The notes: generated by a model from the letters alone, not told the origin. A stretch of DNA of 64,000 nt from Polyangiales bacterium (GCA_038231275.1 JBBRLQ010000006.1:64001-128000); one strand, 5' to 3'. Positions 11,473-21,767 are shown, counted from the first letter of the stretch. Program-made: numbers and translations.

Positions 11473-12546
11473 GTGTACGGGCTCGTCCGGCCGCTCCTCT
11501 TCTCCCTTTCGCCGCGAACCGCCCACGCGGTCGGGATGGCCTGCCTCGGCGCCCTCGAGCACGTTGCGCCGCTCCGGTGGATGGCGAGGGCGATGTTCTC
11601 GCCGGACGCGCGGCTGCGGCGCGAGGTGATGGGGCTCACCTTCCCTTCCCCAATCGGCCTCGCGGGCGGCTTCGACAAGAACGCGATGCGCGCGCGGGCG
11701 CTGGCGAGCCTGGGCTTCGGGCACGTCGAGCTGGGGACGGTGACGGCGCAGGGACAAGAGGAGAACCCGCTCCCGAACCTCTTTCGTCTGCCGGAGGATC
11801 GCGCGCTCGTGAACCGCCTCGGCTTTCCGAACCAAGGCGCCGAGCGAGTGGTGGCGCGAATCGACGCGCGCGGCGGGGCTCGCGCGATCGGCGTCCCGGT
11901 CGGGGTCTCCATCGGCAAATCGCGCGTCGTGCCGGTGGACCCGATCGAGGGCGTCGTCGAGGACTACCTCGCGAGCTTTCGTGCGGCGCAGCGCGTGGCG
12001 GACTTCGTCGTGGTGAACGTGTCGTCGCCGAACACCAAGGATCTGCGCGCCATCCAGGGGGCCGAGCTCGCGCGCACGCTCCTCGGCGCGCTCGTAGAGG
12101 AGCGGGATCGCACAGGCCGCAAGGTGCCGCTGCTCGTCAAGATCGCGCCCGATCTCACGGATGAGGACGTCGATCAGGTGTGCGACGTCGCCAAGGAGGT
12201 CGGTCTCGCCGGCGTCGTTGCGACGAACACGACGGTCGGGCGCGCCGGCCTTCGTACTCTCGCCGCCGACGTCGCGGCGATCGGCGCGGGGGGTCTCAGC
12301 GACCCGCCGCTTCGCGCGCGCTCCCTCGAAGTGGTGACCCGTGTGCGCGCGCGCCTCGGCAAAGGGCCATGCGTCATCGGCGTCGGCGGCGTCGAGACCG
12401 GCGGCGACGCCAAGGCGCTCCTGGACGCGGGGGCCGATCTCGTCCAGCTCTACACAGGCTTCATTTACCGAGGCCCGCTCACCGCGTGGTCGATCGGACG
12501 GGAGCTTCTGGCCGGCGAGAAAAAAATAATTCGCGACGCCCTGTAA
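11473..12546 (+). CDS. pyrD: dihydroorotate dehydrogenase (quinone), class 2
   Basis: GLAGGFDKN, NRLGFPNQG, NVSSPNT, LVKIAPDL, ATNTT and VQLYTGFIYRGP motifs. Confidence 0.95.
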   Translation: MYGLVRPLLFSLSPRTAHAVGMACLGALEHVAPLRWMARAMFSPDARLRREVMGLTFPSPIGLAGGFDKNAMRARALASLGFGHVELGTVTAQGQEENPLPNLFRLPEDRALVNRLGFPNQGAERVVARIDARGGARAIGVPVGVSIGKSRVVPVDPIEGVVEDYLASFRAAQRVADFVVVNVSSPNTKDLRAIQGAELARTLLGALVEERDRTGRKVPLLVKIAPDLTDEDVDQVCDVAKEVGLAGVVATNTTVGRAGLRTLAADVAAIGAGGLSDPPLRARSLEVVTRVRARLGKGPCVIGVGGVETGGDAKALLDAGADLVQLYTGFIYRGPLTAWSIGRELLAGEKKIIRDAL

Positions 12547-12576
12547 CTTCGGCCGCGCTCGGGCCACATTCAGGTC

Positions 12577-13188
12577 GTGGCGATCTTCCGAGCTCCCCTT
12601 CTTCCCGTCGCGCTCGCCGAGGCGCGCTCCCAGGCAGGAGAAGGTGCGACCGAAGCCGACGATCGGGCCGCGCTCGCCGAGCTCTACGCGCGCCACGCGC
12701 CGCCCATCCACCGCTTCTTGCGCGATCTCCTCGGGGACGCCGCCCTCGCCGCCGACGCCACCCAGGAGACGTTCTGCCGGGCGTTCCGTCGCCTCGGCTC
12801 GCTCGACGATCGCGGCCGATCGGTGCCGTGGCTCTTCGCGATCGCGCGCAACGTGTCTCTCGAGGTGAGGCGCGCGCGCATGCGGCACGGGCGAATCTTC
12901 GTCGCTGAAGACGGCGTGCACGAGGCCGCCGATGCCGTCTGCCGCATGGGGTCGCCGGAGTCAGTGCTGCTCGATCAGGAGAGCGTGCGTGTCGTCGGCG
13001 CCGCCCTCGAGCGTCTCGGCGAGGACCGACGCGCCGCGTTGCTTCTCCGCTTCGACCACGGCCTTGCGTACGAAGAGATCGCCGAGGCGATGAGCTGGAC
13101 GCTCGCCAAGGTCAAAATCGAGATCTTCCGCGCGCGCGAGGTGTTGCGCGGCGCGCTCGACGAGTACCGCGCGGGAGGCCTGAAATGA
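12577..13188 (+). CDS. ECF RNA polymerase sigma factor
   Basis: DATQETF, WLFAIARN, region-4 'LAYEEIAEAM...VKIEIFRAR'. Confidence 0.92.
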   Translation: MAIFRAPLLPVALAEARSQAGEGATEADDRAALAELYARHAPPIHRFLRDLLGDAALAADATQETFCRAFRRLGSLDDRGRSVPWLFAIARNVSLEVRRARMRHGRIFVAEDGVHEAADAVCRMGSPESVLLDQESVRVVGAALERLGEDRRAALLLRFDHGLAYEEIAEAMSWTLAKVKIEIFRAREVLRGALDEYRAGGLK

Positions 13189-13763
13189 AGCCCTGCGCGC
13201 ACGTCGAGGCGCTCGAGGATCTCGCGCTCCGTGGGGACCGCGGGCGCGGCACGAACGAGCACACGGACGCGTGGCTCGAGGCTCACGTCACCGAGTGCGA
13301 GCAGTGCGCCGCCGAGCTCGATCGCCTCCTCGAAGAGCGCGAGCTGTTCGTGCGGCGCGCGCGCGTGCTCGACGTCGCGCTGGAGCCGAGCGGCGTCTTC
13401 GCAGTGCTCGATCGACGGCGCGAGCGTTTCCGGAAGAGCGGCGTGCTCGCGTCGATGGTGGCGGCCGCCGCGGCGTGCGTGGCGATGGCGTTCGCGCCGG
13501 TCACGGCGATCGGTGTCCGCGCAGGTCTGCGCGCCGGGACCGAGCCCGCGCAGGCCGATCTCGGCGCGACGGCGGCGGGGGGAAGCTGGGACGAGGCGCC
13601 GATGACGATGCGCGTCGCGGCGTGCATGCCGCCCGGGATCGATCACACGGCGTGCGACGCTCCGATGGAGACGCGCACGGCGAGCGGCGGAATGTCGATG
13701 TCGATGATGAACGCGGCGACCGCGTGCGTGGCCGACGTAACTTGCTCCGTCGCGCGGCCATGA
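13185..13763 (+). CDS. zf-HC2 membrane anti-sigma factor
   Basis: ATGA overlap with the sigma gene; C...HVTECEQC motif; TM helix. Confidence 0.8.
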   Translation: MKPCAHVEALEDLALRGDRGRGTNEHTDAWLEAHVTECEQCAAELDRLLEERELFVRRARVLDVALEPSGVFAVLDRRRERFRKSGVLASMVAAAAACVAMAFAPVTAIGVRAGLRAGTEPAQADLGATAAGGSWDEAPMTMRVAACMPPGIDHTACDAPMETRTASGGMSMSMMNAATACVADVTCSVARP

Positions 13764-13808
13764 CCGGGTGAGCCCGCGCGTCGCGGGCGACAACGCCCGG
13801 AGGCGAAC

Positions 13809-15110
13809 ATGCGCGCGATGATCTCGGGAGTGGTGCTGTCCATGATGACGGCGGCCACGAGCTGCTCCGACACGACCCCCACCACCGAGGCGCCGCACGC
13901 GCCTCCGATCGCCAACGCCGCCGCCGCGATCGACGCGCCGCGTGTCCCGGTCGAAGGCATGCCTGCGCTCGGCGACGCGCGCGCGCTGGTCACCGTGGTG
14001 TCGTTCGTCGACTACGAGTGTCCGTTCAGCGCGCGCGCGAACGAGAACTTCGCGACGCTGCGGGCGAAGCACGGGGACGATCTCCGCGTCGTCTTCGCGA
14101 ACCGGCCACTGCCGATGCACACGCACGCGCGCGTAGCGGCGCTGGCAGCGCTGGCGGCGGCCGAGCAAGGGCGTTTCGCCGAGCTCCACGCGCGCCTCTT
14201 CGACGCGACGCCGGGGGGCGAGGCCGCGATCGTCGCGGCTGCGCGCGCCGCCGGGCTCGACATGCCGCGCTGGGAGGCGGCGCGAAACGGGGAGGCGATG
14301 CACAAGGCGCTCATGCGCTCCGAGGAGCTCGCGCAGAACCTCGGCGTCACCGGCACGCCGACGTCGTTCGTCGACGGGCGGCGCATCGAGGGCGCGCAGC
14401 CGATCGACATGTTCGCGACGGTGCTCGCCGACGATCTCTTCAAGGCGACCGCGCTCTTCCGTTCGGGCGAGCCGCGAGAGCGGATCTACGCGCGCCTCGT
14501 CAAGGACGCGCCGATCGCGCCGATCGCGCCGGAGGAGGTCGGGGCGCCGTGCCACGCAAAGGACGACGCGCCAGCGCCCGACGAGGTAAAGGCCATTCGC
14601 ACCGACGGCGCGCCGATGCGCGGCGCCGACGACGCAAAGGTCAGCGTGGTCGTCTTCACGGACTTCCAGTGCCCCTTCTGCGCGCGCCTCGACGGGAGGC
14701 TGCGCGAGCTCCAGACGCTGTACCCCGACAAGGTGAAGGTGCTCTACAAGGCGAAGCCGCTGCCGATGCACTCGAGCGCGCGTCTCGCCGCGAAGGCGGG
14801 CGTGGCAGCGCAAGCGCAGGGGAAATTCTGGGCGCTCAACGACGAGATGTTTGCGCACCAGACCAGCCTCGATCGCGCAGGGCTCGAGTCGCACGCTGCC
14901 GCGGCGGGGCTCGACATGGATCGGTTTCGCCGCGATCTCGACGACCCGGCGACCAACGCGCGCGTGTCGGCGGACGCGCAGGACGCCGACGCGCTGGGCG
15001 TGACCGGCACGCCGACGCTGTTCGTGAACGGGCGGCGACTCGTCGGCGCGCGGCCGATGACGGAGCTCGTCGGGGCCGTCGAGCGCGCCCTCGCAGAAGC
15101 GGCGCGCTGA
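13809..15110 (+). CDS. tandem DsbA/thioredoxin-domain lipoprotein
   Basis: Two domains, DYECPFS...GTPT and DFQCPFC...GTPT; N-terminal lipobox-like TSC. Confidence 0.9.
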   Translation: MRAMISGVVLSMMTAATSCSDTTPTTEAPHAPPIANAAAAIDAPRVPVEGMPALGDARALVTVVSFVDYECPFSARANENFATLRAKHGDDLRVVFANRPLPMHTHARVAALAALAAAEQGRFAELHARLFDATPGGEAAIVAAARAAGLDMPRWEAARNGEAMHKALMRSEELAQNLGVTGTPTSFVDGRRIEGAQPIDMFATVLADDLFKATALFRSGEPRERIYARLVKDAPIAPIAPEEVGAPCHAKDDAPAPDEVKAIRTDGAPMRGADDAKVSVVVFTDFQCPFCARLDGRLRELQTLYPDKVKVLYKAKPLPMHSSARLAAKAGVAAQAQGKFWALNDEMFAHQTSLDRAGLESHAAAAGLDMDRFRRDLDDPATNARVSADAQDADALGVTGTPTLFVNGRRLVGARPMTELVGAVERALAEAAR

Positions 15111-15127
15111 GGCGATCGTCGACGCGA

Positions 15128-16321
15128 TCAGCGAGCGTCGAAGCTGCGTGAGTGAAACGCGAAAGCGATCCCGGTCGACCACGCGCCACGCTGGAGGACG
15201 TCGCTGCCCGCCCAAAGCCCCAGCGTCGTGTCCGGCGTGAGCCACACGTCGACCGCCGCACGCGGCTCGACGACCCACGCCCCGCCGAGAAATGCTGCGC
15301 CGGACGTCGCGCTCGCGGCCGCGTCGTCCTTGCCGCCGACCACGACGAGCCGCCCGCCACCGAAGATCTCCCCTCGCAGCTGGAAGGGCCCCTTTCGGAT
15401 CGTCTGCGCGCCGACGATGGCGCCGCCGACGAAGTGGACTGCGGGGCCCGTCGTCGACACTGTGCTCGGCGGCGGGCCGAGGATGACCGACGACGCGCCA
15501 CCGAACCCCAGATCAATCTCGCCTCCGACGTAGACGGCGCGCGAGACGAAGCCGACGGTCTTGAGATCGAACGTGCCGGAATAGAGGTCGGGGCCGAGCG
15601 GATCGCTGGGAACCGCGCCGAGGCCGCTGCGCCAGAGGGCGAGGCGCGACGTCGGGATCGCGTGCGCGCTGAGGCCGAGATCGATCCGGAGTCGCGCGAC
15701 CTGGGGCGTCTCCCACGCCGTCCGCTGCTCCCAGCAGTCGCGGGGTCCGAAGCCTTCCCGCTTCTCGGCCTCGCACCCTCCGAGCGCGCGGAAAAACCCT
15801 GGTCTGTCTCGTTCGACGAGGCTCGCGTCGCCCGGCGTCGCGAAGCACACGACGCCGAAGCCATCGTCGACCCCCGGCGCGACCGCGCGCAGATCGACGC
15901 AAACCTCGTCGAACGACGCCCCCGGCGTGGGAGCGTCGTAGCGGATCGCCTCGCTCCCGGTCCTCCGCCCATCGAGCAACGTCGCGTGGAGCTGGAGCCG
16001 TGGGTCGAACGCGACGAGCTTCGTCTCTCCTTTCGCGTTGCGACCCACGACCTCGGCGCGGGACAGATCGATCACGTGCCGGTCGTCGCACGCGTTGCCG
16101 AGCTCGAACGCGACGAGGGCGCTCGACGGCGCGATGCGCGGGTGCGCCGCGAGCGCGGCGGAGACGTCCACGCATCCGCGACGGCGCGCCGCCCGCGTGG
16201 TCGTGTCGGGCGTCGAAAAAATCGCGCCCGGCGCATACGTCGGCGCGCAGCCCGACAGGCCGAAAAGCGCCGCGGCGAGGCAGGCGGCAATGGCGACAAT
16301 GTTGTCATACAAATTTGTCAT
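15128..16321 (-). CDS. hypothetical lipoprotein with C-terminal outer-membrane beta-barrel-like region
   Basis: LSGC lipobox; alternating aromatic/Gly beta-strands at the C-terminus; start approximate. Confidence 0.65.
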   Translation of the reverse strand: MTNLYDNIVAIAACLAAALFGLSGCAPTYAPGAIFSTPDTTTRAARRRGCVDVSAALAAHPRIAPSSALVAFELGNACDDRHVIDLSRAEVVGRNAKGETKLVAFDPRLQLHATLLDGRRTGSEAIRYDAPTPGASFDEVCVDLRAVAPGVDDGFGVVCFATPGDASLVERDRPGFFRALGGCEAEKREGFGPRDCWEQRTAWETPQVARLRIDLGLSAHAIPTSRLALWRSGLGAVPSDPLGPDLYSGTFDLKTVGFVSRAVYVGGEIDLGFGGASSVILGPPPSTVSTTGPAVHFVGGAIVGAQTIRKGPFQLRGEIFGGGRLVVVGGKDDAAASATSGAAFLGGAWVVEPRAAVDVWLTPDTTLGLWAGSDVLQRGAWSTGIAFAFHSRSFDAR

Positions 16322-16328
16322 ACAACTT
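16301..16328. promoter_or_regulatory. putative GntR/FadR tandem operator
   Basis: GTTGTCATACAAATTTGTCATACAACTT, 25/28 identical to 58974-59001. Confidence 0.7.
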
Positions 16329-16365
16329 ACGACCCGACGGTGCGAACGGCTCATGGCGCGCCTGC

Positions 16366-17031
16366 TCACCACGTCACGCCGGTCGTCACGCCCATGCGGT
16401 GCACGCCGTCGACGTCGGGGATGAAGAAGGCGTGGAGCGGCACGTAAAAAGTGCCGACGCGCGGCGTCCAACCGGCGGCGAGGATCATGTGCGCCTCGCT
16501 GCCGGCGAGCGGCTCGAGGTGCGCGCCAACGCCGAGCTGGAACGAGTTGTTGATCTCGGCGCCGATGAGGAGGTTGCCGCTCGGGTAGAACTTCGCCTGC
16601 TCGAGGCCCGCGACGTTCGCGTTCGCGACCAGGATGACGTTGAGCCACGAGTGCCCCACCATCCGGTAAAACGCCTCGTAGCCCGCGAGGAAGTGGCTGG
16701 GCGTCCGCATGTCGGCCTTCTGCGCGAGGCTCTGCCCGTTGAACGCGGCGATCGGCTTGTCGAAGTTGGCGTTGTACGAGTACCCGATGCGAAATCCGTG
16801 GAGGAGCTTTGCGTCGTCGGGGTTGTAGTCGCGCGCGGGCGCTTCGGTCGCGACAGGGACCGGCGGCGGCACGTAGCGAATCGGCGGGCGGGGCGGCGGC
16901 GGATCGGACGCGAGGGGCGCGTCGGGCTGGGGCGGAGGGTCGGCGTGCGCGACGGCGCTCACTACGAGAGACAGGACGGAAACGACGGCGAAGGGCAGCG
17001 CGCGAAGGCGCCAATTTCGAAGAGCAATCAT
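16366..17031 (-). CDS. hypothetical outer-membrane beta-barrel protein
   Basis: Signal peptide ending AHA-D, Pro linker, amphipathic strands, C-terminal aromatic residue (GVTW). Confidence 0.7.
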   Translation of the reverse strand: MIALRNWRLRALPFAVVSVLSLVVSAVAHADPPPQPDAPLASDPPPPRPPIRYVPPPVPVATEAPARDYNPDDAKLLHGFRIGYSYNANFDKPIAAFNGQSLAQKADMRTPSHFLAGYEAFYRMVGHSWLNVILVANANVAGLEQAKFYPSGNLLIGAEINNSFQLGVGAHLEPLAGSEAHMILAAGWTPRVGTFYVPLHAFFIPDVDGVHRMGVTTGVTW

Positions 17032-17148
17032 GCACGGCGAGATTGCACGGCGCGCGCCACGGCCCCGCTCACGCGGGATCGCGCACATCCCCCGGTGAGC
17101 GTGCAAGACCTTGCACGGTCGGGCGCACGGCCGGTCACGCGACGCGCG

Positions 17149-18645
17149 CTACGCGGCGGCGACGGGCAAGCGGAGCTCCACGCGGGTCCCCTGCCCGACC
17201 TTGCTGGTGAGGGACGCGGCTCCTCCGTGCGCGACGGCGACCCGGCGCACGAACGCGAGCCCCAGGCCCGTTCCCTGCGGCTTCGTGGTGAAGAAGTCTT
17301 CGAAGGCCCGCTCGGCGCGGCGCGCATCCATGCCGCCGCCGTCGTCCTCGACCGAGAGAACGAGCATGGCATGCGAAGCGGCGCCGTCCACACGCGCCCC
17401 GATCCGCAGCACGCCGCCCTTCGGCATCGCCTCGACCGCGTTGCGCGCCAGGTTCTCGAGCGCAGAGGCGACGAGATCAGCGTCGGCGTCGCACTCCGGC
17501 AAGGTCGGCGAGAGCTCGACGCGCACATCGACCGCGGGAGCAGAGGTCCTCTGCGCGGCGGCGACGCGTTCGACGAGATCGCGCAGCTGAACGCGCGTCT
17601 TCACGGGCTCGACGCGTGCGACGCGATCGAACCGGTCGATCACCGCGCGGAGGCGCTTCGCCTGCTCGAGGACGAGCTTCACCATCTCGCGCTGCTGCTC
17701 CACCGGCAGATCCCCCTCCAGGATTTGGGCGGCGCCGACCAGCGCGGCGAGGGGGTTTTTCAAATCGTGCGTCATTTGCGCGGAAATTCGGCCCAGCGCC
17801 GTCAGCTGCACGACCCGCTCGCGCGCGCGCGACTGCGACACGAGCAGCTCGCGCGACGCGACCGCGACGACGACCGACACGGCCGTCGCGCCGAACGCCA
17901 GCGCTGCCGCGTTCTGGCCGAGGACGTAGAAGACGACGAGGTAAGCGGCAACGGACCCGAGCGCCAAGGCGGCGACGTACAACGCGGTGGCCACGGACAG
18001 ATCGCGATCGAAGAGACGAAGGCGGAGGACCGAAATCGAGACGAGCGACGTCGCCGCCAGCGTCCCCAGCGCGCCAAGACGCGGCAACGCTCCGCCGCCC
18101 GCCGCGTCGAGCAGATCGGTCGTCGCCAGCGCACCACCCGCGCCGAGCGCCGCCAACATCGTGCGCGTCCGCGCCTTCTCGTCGGCGTCCGCGGTGGTGA
18201 CGAGGTGCCGCACGAGGAGCGCGAAGCCGTACGCGAGCATCGGCGACCACGCCAAGAGCTCGAGCCCCGGCCAGGTGGGAGACGCAAGCCACGCGCGTGG
18301 CGTCGCCAAGACCAGCGCGGACAGCGCGACGAGCGCCATCGCGCCGAACGCCAGATACGACGCCGCGAGCACGCGCCTGTGGATGCGCCGCGCCCCGACG
18401 AAGGACACGATCACGTGCAGCGCCAGGGGCGGCGAGAGCGCGGTGAACGCGTCGTCGACCCATCCCCAGTAGCTCGCGCCCGTCACGTGGTGCGCGAGGC
18501 CCGCGAAGCACCACCCGAACATCACGCAGCAGAGGAGCGCCAGCGGACGGGCGAGCGCGCTCTTCCCTCCTCGTGCGAAGCTGAGCGACGCCAACGTCGC
18601 GTGACCGATCGCGGCGACGACGAGCAGCCAGTCCTTGGGCGCCAC
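17149..18645 (-). CDS. multi-TM sensor histidine kinase
   Basis: H-box THDLKNPL, N-box ENLARNA, DDGGG, FFTTK and GTGLGL motifs. Confidence 0.95.
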   Translation of the reverse strand: MAPKDWLLVVAAIGHATLASLSFARGGKSALARPLALLCCVMFGWCFAGLAHHVTGASYWGWVDDAFTALSPPLALHVIVSFVGARRIHRRVLAASYLAFGAMALVALSALVLATPRAWLASPTWPGLELLAWSPMLAYGFALLVRHLVTTADADEKARTRTMLAALGAGGALATTDLLDAAGGGALPRLGALGTLAATSLVSISVLRLRLFDRDLSVATALYVAALALGSVAAYLVVFYVLGQNAAALAFGATAVSVVVAVASRELLVSQSRARERVVQLTALGRISAQMTHDLKNPLAALVGAAQILEGDLPVEQQREMVKLVLEQAKRLRAVIDRFDRVARVEPVKTRVQLRDLVERVAAAQRTSAPAVDVRVELSPTLPECDADADLVASALENLARNAVEAMPKGGVLRIGARVDGAASHAMLVLSVEDDGGGMDARRAERAFEDFFTTKPQGTGLGLAFVRRVAVAHGGAASLTSKVGQGTRVELRLPVAAA

Positions 18646-18668
18646 GCCGCCATGGTACACTCGACCGC

Positions 18669-20030
18669 GTGAGCGCACCCGCGGGCAGCGTCCTCGTGGT
18701 CGACGACGACGCGGCGGTCGGCAAGGTGCTCGCGCTGCTCCTCACCCAAGCCGGGCACGAGGCGGAGCACGCTCCGTCGGCGGAGGCCGCGCTCTCCCGC
18801 CTCGACGCGCGGCCCTTCGATGTCGTCCTGACCGATCTCCAGATGCCTGGAATGGACGGACTGGCGCTCTTGCGCGAGATCGGGCGGCGATTCGGCGACG
18901 TGCCCGTCATCCTCCTCACCGCGCACGGGACGGTCCCCGCCGCCGTCGAGGCGATGAAATCGGGCGCCGTCGATTTCATGCTCAAGCCGTTCGACAAGGA
19001 GGAGGTCCTTTACGTCGTCGACAAGGCGCTCGTCGCGTGCCGCCGTAGGCCGGAGCGCGCGGAAGAGGGTCGCGTCGCCAGCGGTGAGCTCGTCGGGAAT
19101 TCAGCGGCGATGCGCGACGTGATGGGGCTGGTCGTGAAGATCGCGCGTGGAACGTCGACGGTGCTCGTGCGCGGCGAGACCGGCACCGGGAAGGAGCTCG
19201 TCGCGCGCGCGCTCCACGAGGCGAGCCCGCGCAAGAACGGACCGCTCGTCACCGTGAACTGCGCGGCGCTCCCCGACACGCTCCTCGAGAGCGAGCTCTT
19301 CGGCTACGAGAAGGGGGCGTTTACGGGCGCGACGCAGAAAAAGCCGGGGCGCGTCGAGTTGGCGCACGGCGGGACCCTCTTCCTCGACGAGGTGGGCGAC
19401 GTGTCGCCCTCGGTCCAGGTGAAGCTGCTCCGCGTGCTCCAGGAAAAATCGTTCGAGCGCGTCGGCGGCACGCAGACGATCAAGGTGGACGTGCGCTTCA
19501 TCACAGCGACGCATCGCGACCTCGAGGCCATGATCGCGACCGGCGCCTTCCGCGAGGATCTCTTCTACCGCCTCGCGGTCGTGCCCATCATCCTCCCGCC
19601 GCTCCGTGATCGCGGCGCCGACGTCGTGCAGCTCGCCCGCCATTTTTGTGCGGAGCTCGGCCGCGCCAACGGGCGACCGCGCGCGACGCTCGATGACGGC
19701 GCGCTCGACGCCCTCGCGCGCGCGTCGTGGCCGGGCAACGTACGGCAGCTCCGCAACGTCATCGAACGCCTGATCATCCTCGCCGACGTCGACGTCATCG
19801 GTCGCTCCGACGTCGAGCGTGAGGTCAACCCGGCCAAGGCGCCCTCCGTCGCGCCGCGCGGGCCCGGTCCCGACGAGCGACCGCTCGACGCGCAGCGCAA
19901 GGACACCGAGCGCGAGGCCTTGCTCCACGCGCTCGCCCGCGCCAAGGACAACCGCACCCTCGCGGCGCGACTCCTCGGCGTGAGCCGCCGCACCCTTTAC
20001 AACAAGCTCCGCGAGCACGCGCTCGAGTAG
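18669..20030 (+). CDS. sigma-54-dependent response regulator (NtrC family)
   Basis: Receiver domain, GETGTGKE, GAFTGA, WPGNVRQL and a Fis-type HTH. Confidence 0.97.
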   Translation: MSAPAGSVLVVDDDAAVGKVLALLLTQAGHEAEHAPSAEAALSRLDARPFDVVLTDLQMPGMDGLALLREIGRRFGDVPVILLTAHGTVPAAVEAMKSGAVDFMLKPFDKEEVLYVVDKALVACRRRPERAEEGRVASGELVGNSAAMRDVMGLVVKIARGTSTVLVRGETGTGKELVARALHEASPRKNGPLVTVNCAALPDTLLESELFGYEKGAFTGATQKKPGRVELAHGGTLFLDEVGDVSPSVQVKLLRVLQEKSFERVGGTQTIKVDVRFITATHRDLEAMIATGAFREDLFYRLAVVPIILPPLRDRGADVVQLARHFCAELGRANGRPRATLDDGALDALARASWPGNVRQLRNVIERLIILADVDVIGRSDVEREVNPAKAPSVAPRGPGPDERPLDAQRKDTEREALLHALARAKDNRTLAARLLGVSRRTLYNKLREHALE

Positions 20031-20031
20031 C

Positions 20032-20727
20032 TCACGGCGCGAGTCGCGCCATGGCGGTGTCCACGATCTCGCGCCTTCGCGCGTCCATGAAGTCGGCGCC
20101 GCGAACGTCTACCGGCCACAGTACGGTCAAGAACTCCTCGTCGTAATACGGGTACGCGCACATCGCGAAGACCGAGACGCACACGTGCCGGACGTCAATG
20201 CCGCGCCTCACCACACCCCTTCGCTGCAAATCCCCGAGCGTTCCCACGACGACGTCGAAGACGGGCTTGCTCGTGCGCGTGACCAGCTCCCGCGTGAAGG
20301 CGCCGCCGGCGCGCGCGTCGTGGCGCACGATCGACAGCAGCGGCGCGTGCGTCGCGAAGAAGCGGAGCATCGCGACCACGAACGCGTCGACGAGCGCGCG
20401 GAGGGCCGGGAGATCGAGGCGCGCCTTCCTCCCTCTCGCGCCGCCGATCGGGACGCGCTGAAGGATGTCCCACCCTTCGCTCGTCGTCGCCTCGACCGCG
20501 CGCGTGAGCACGGCCTGGTAGAGCCCCTCTTTGTCCCCGAAGTAGTGGTGCACGAGCGCTTGCTGCGCCGACGCCGCGACCGCAATCGCGCCGAGACGCG
20601 CGCCCGCGAAGCCCTTTCGCGCGAACTCCTGCTCCGCCGCGTCGAGGAGCCGCTTCTTCGTCGCTTCTCCGTCGCGCTTGGGCTTCACCCGCCGCGCGCG
20701 CTTCACGAGCGACAGGGCCGCCGTCAT
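20032..20727 (-). CDS. TetR/AcrR family regulator
   Basis: LLDAAEQEFARKGF...LVHHYFGDKEGLY HTH; ATGA overlap with the upstream gene. Confidence 0.92.
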   Translation of the reverse strand: MTAALSLVKRARRVKPKRDGEATKKRLLDAAEQEFARKGFAGARLGAIAVAASAQQALVHHYFGDKEGLYQAVLTRAVEATTSEGWDILQRVPIGGARGRKARLDLPALRALVDAFVVAMLRFFATHAPLLSIVRHDARAGGAFTRELVTRTSKPVFDVVVGTLGDLQRRGVVRRGIDVRHVCVSVFAMCAYPYYDEEFLTVLWPVDVRGADFMDARRREIVDTAMARLAP

Positions 20728-21767
20728 GCGCTCGGTTCCATGTGCTCGTACTCGATGACGCCGAGGTCCTCGAACCCCTTGCGCACGAACGGGGTCAGCA
20801 GGCCGAGGCGCTTCACGTTCGGGACGATCTTGGTGAAGAGCAACCGGCGAAAGAGCGCCATCGGCTCGCTCGCCGCGACGTACGCCGTGCACTCCGCGAC
20901 GGGTAGGCCCATGCGCTCCCACACCTCCTCGCCGAGGAATCGATCGCGGAGGAGCTGCGACGACTCGATCACGAACTCCTCCCGCTCACGCAGCTCGCGC
21001 GGGTCCATCTCGACGTAGAGATCGCGCAGCGACACCACCCCGAACGCGACGTGCCGCGCCTCGTCCGCCATGATCTTCTCGGTGATCGTCTTGATGAGCG
21101 GCTCGGTCGACACCTGGTGAATCATCCCGAACGCGCCGAGCGCGACCCCCTCGAGCATGATTTGCATGCCGAGGTATTTGAAGTCCCACCGCGCGTCCGA
21201 CAGGATCAAATCGAGCAGCTTCTTCAAGGGCACGCTGGGCGGATACACGAGCTCGAGCTTGTCGCGCAGGTAGCGATCGTACGCCTCGACGTGGCGCGCC
21301 TCGTCGTAGACCTGCGCGGCGGCGTAAAGCTTGGCGTCGGGCGTGGGAGCGGCGTCGACGATTTGCGCGGTCGCGAGGAGCGCTCCTTGCTCGCCGTGCA
21401 GGAAATTCGAGATCATCCAGCTCGCCATGTGGCGCCGCAGCTTGGGCAGATCACGCTTCTTGTCGAGCTTGTCCCAGATGGGCGTGCCGTAGATCGGGAT
21501 CGTCTCGTCGGGCGAGTTCAAGCCCTCCGGATCGACGTCGGTGTCCCACGGGAGATCGGTCCGCGAGTTCCACATCAGATCCTTCGACTTCTCGTAGAGC
21601 GCACGCAGGTCGACGCGCTTGGACGCGTAGTCCCACGTGTACGTGAGCTGCTGCGCGACGGGCATCGTCTCGGTGCCACGCGGCCCGTCCTTCGCAGGTT
21701 GCGTCAGCTTCTGGGCGAAGGCTGTGTAGCCCTCCTTGGGGGGAGGCGCGCCGTAGGAGGAGGTCAT
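20724..21767 (-). CDS. ferritin-like di-iron protein (AurF/N-oxygenase-like family)
   Basis: GEQGAL, DEARH twice and LEG di-iron ligand pattern. Confidence 0.85.
   Translation of the reverse strand: MTSSYGAPPPKEGYTAFAQKLTQPAKDGPRGTETMPVAQQLTYTWDYASKRVDLRALYEKSKDLMWNSRTDLPWDTDVDPEGLNSPDETIPIYGTPIWDKLDKKRDLPKLRRHMASWMISNFLHGEQGALLATAQIVDAAPTPDAKLYAAAQVYDEARHVEAYDRYLRDKLELVYPPSVPLKKLLDLILSDARWDFKYLGMQIMLEGVALGAFGMIHQVSTEPLIKTITEKIMADEARHVAFGVVSLRDLYVEMDPRELREREEFVIESSQLLRDRFLGEEVWERMGLPVAECTAYVAASEPMALFRRLLFTKIVPNVKRLGLLTPFVRKGFEDLGVIEYEHMEPSA

Noticed and set aside
12289-12312. PyrD motif reads GGLSD instead of the usual GGLSG
   Set aside because: Single substitution; a variant cannot be told from a sequencing error, and all other motifs are intact
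17101-17116. GTGCAAGACCTTGCAC palindrome as a sigma-54 promoter
   Set aside because: Lacks the GG-N10-GC signature; may be an operator but is unsupported as a single instance
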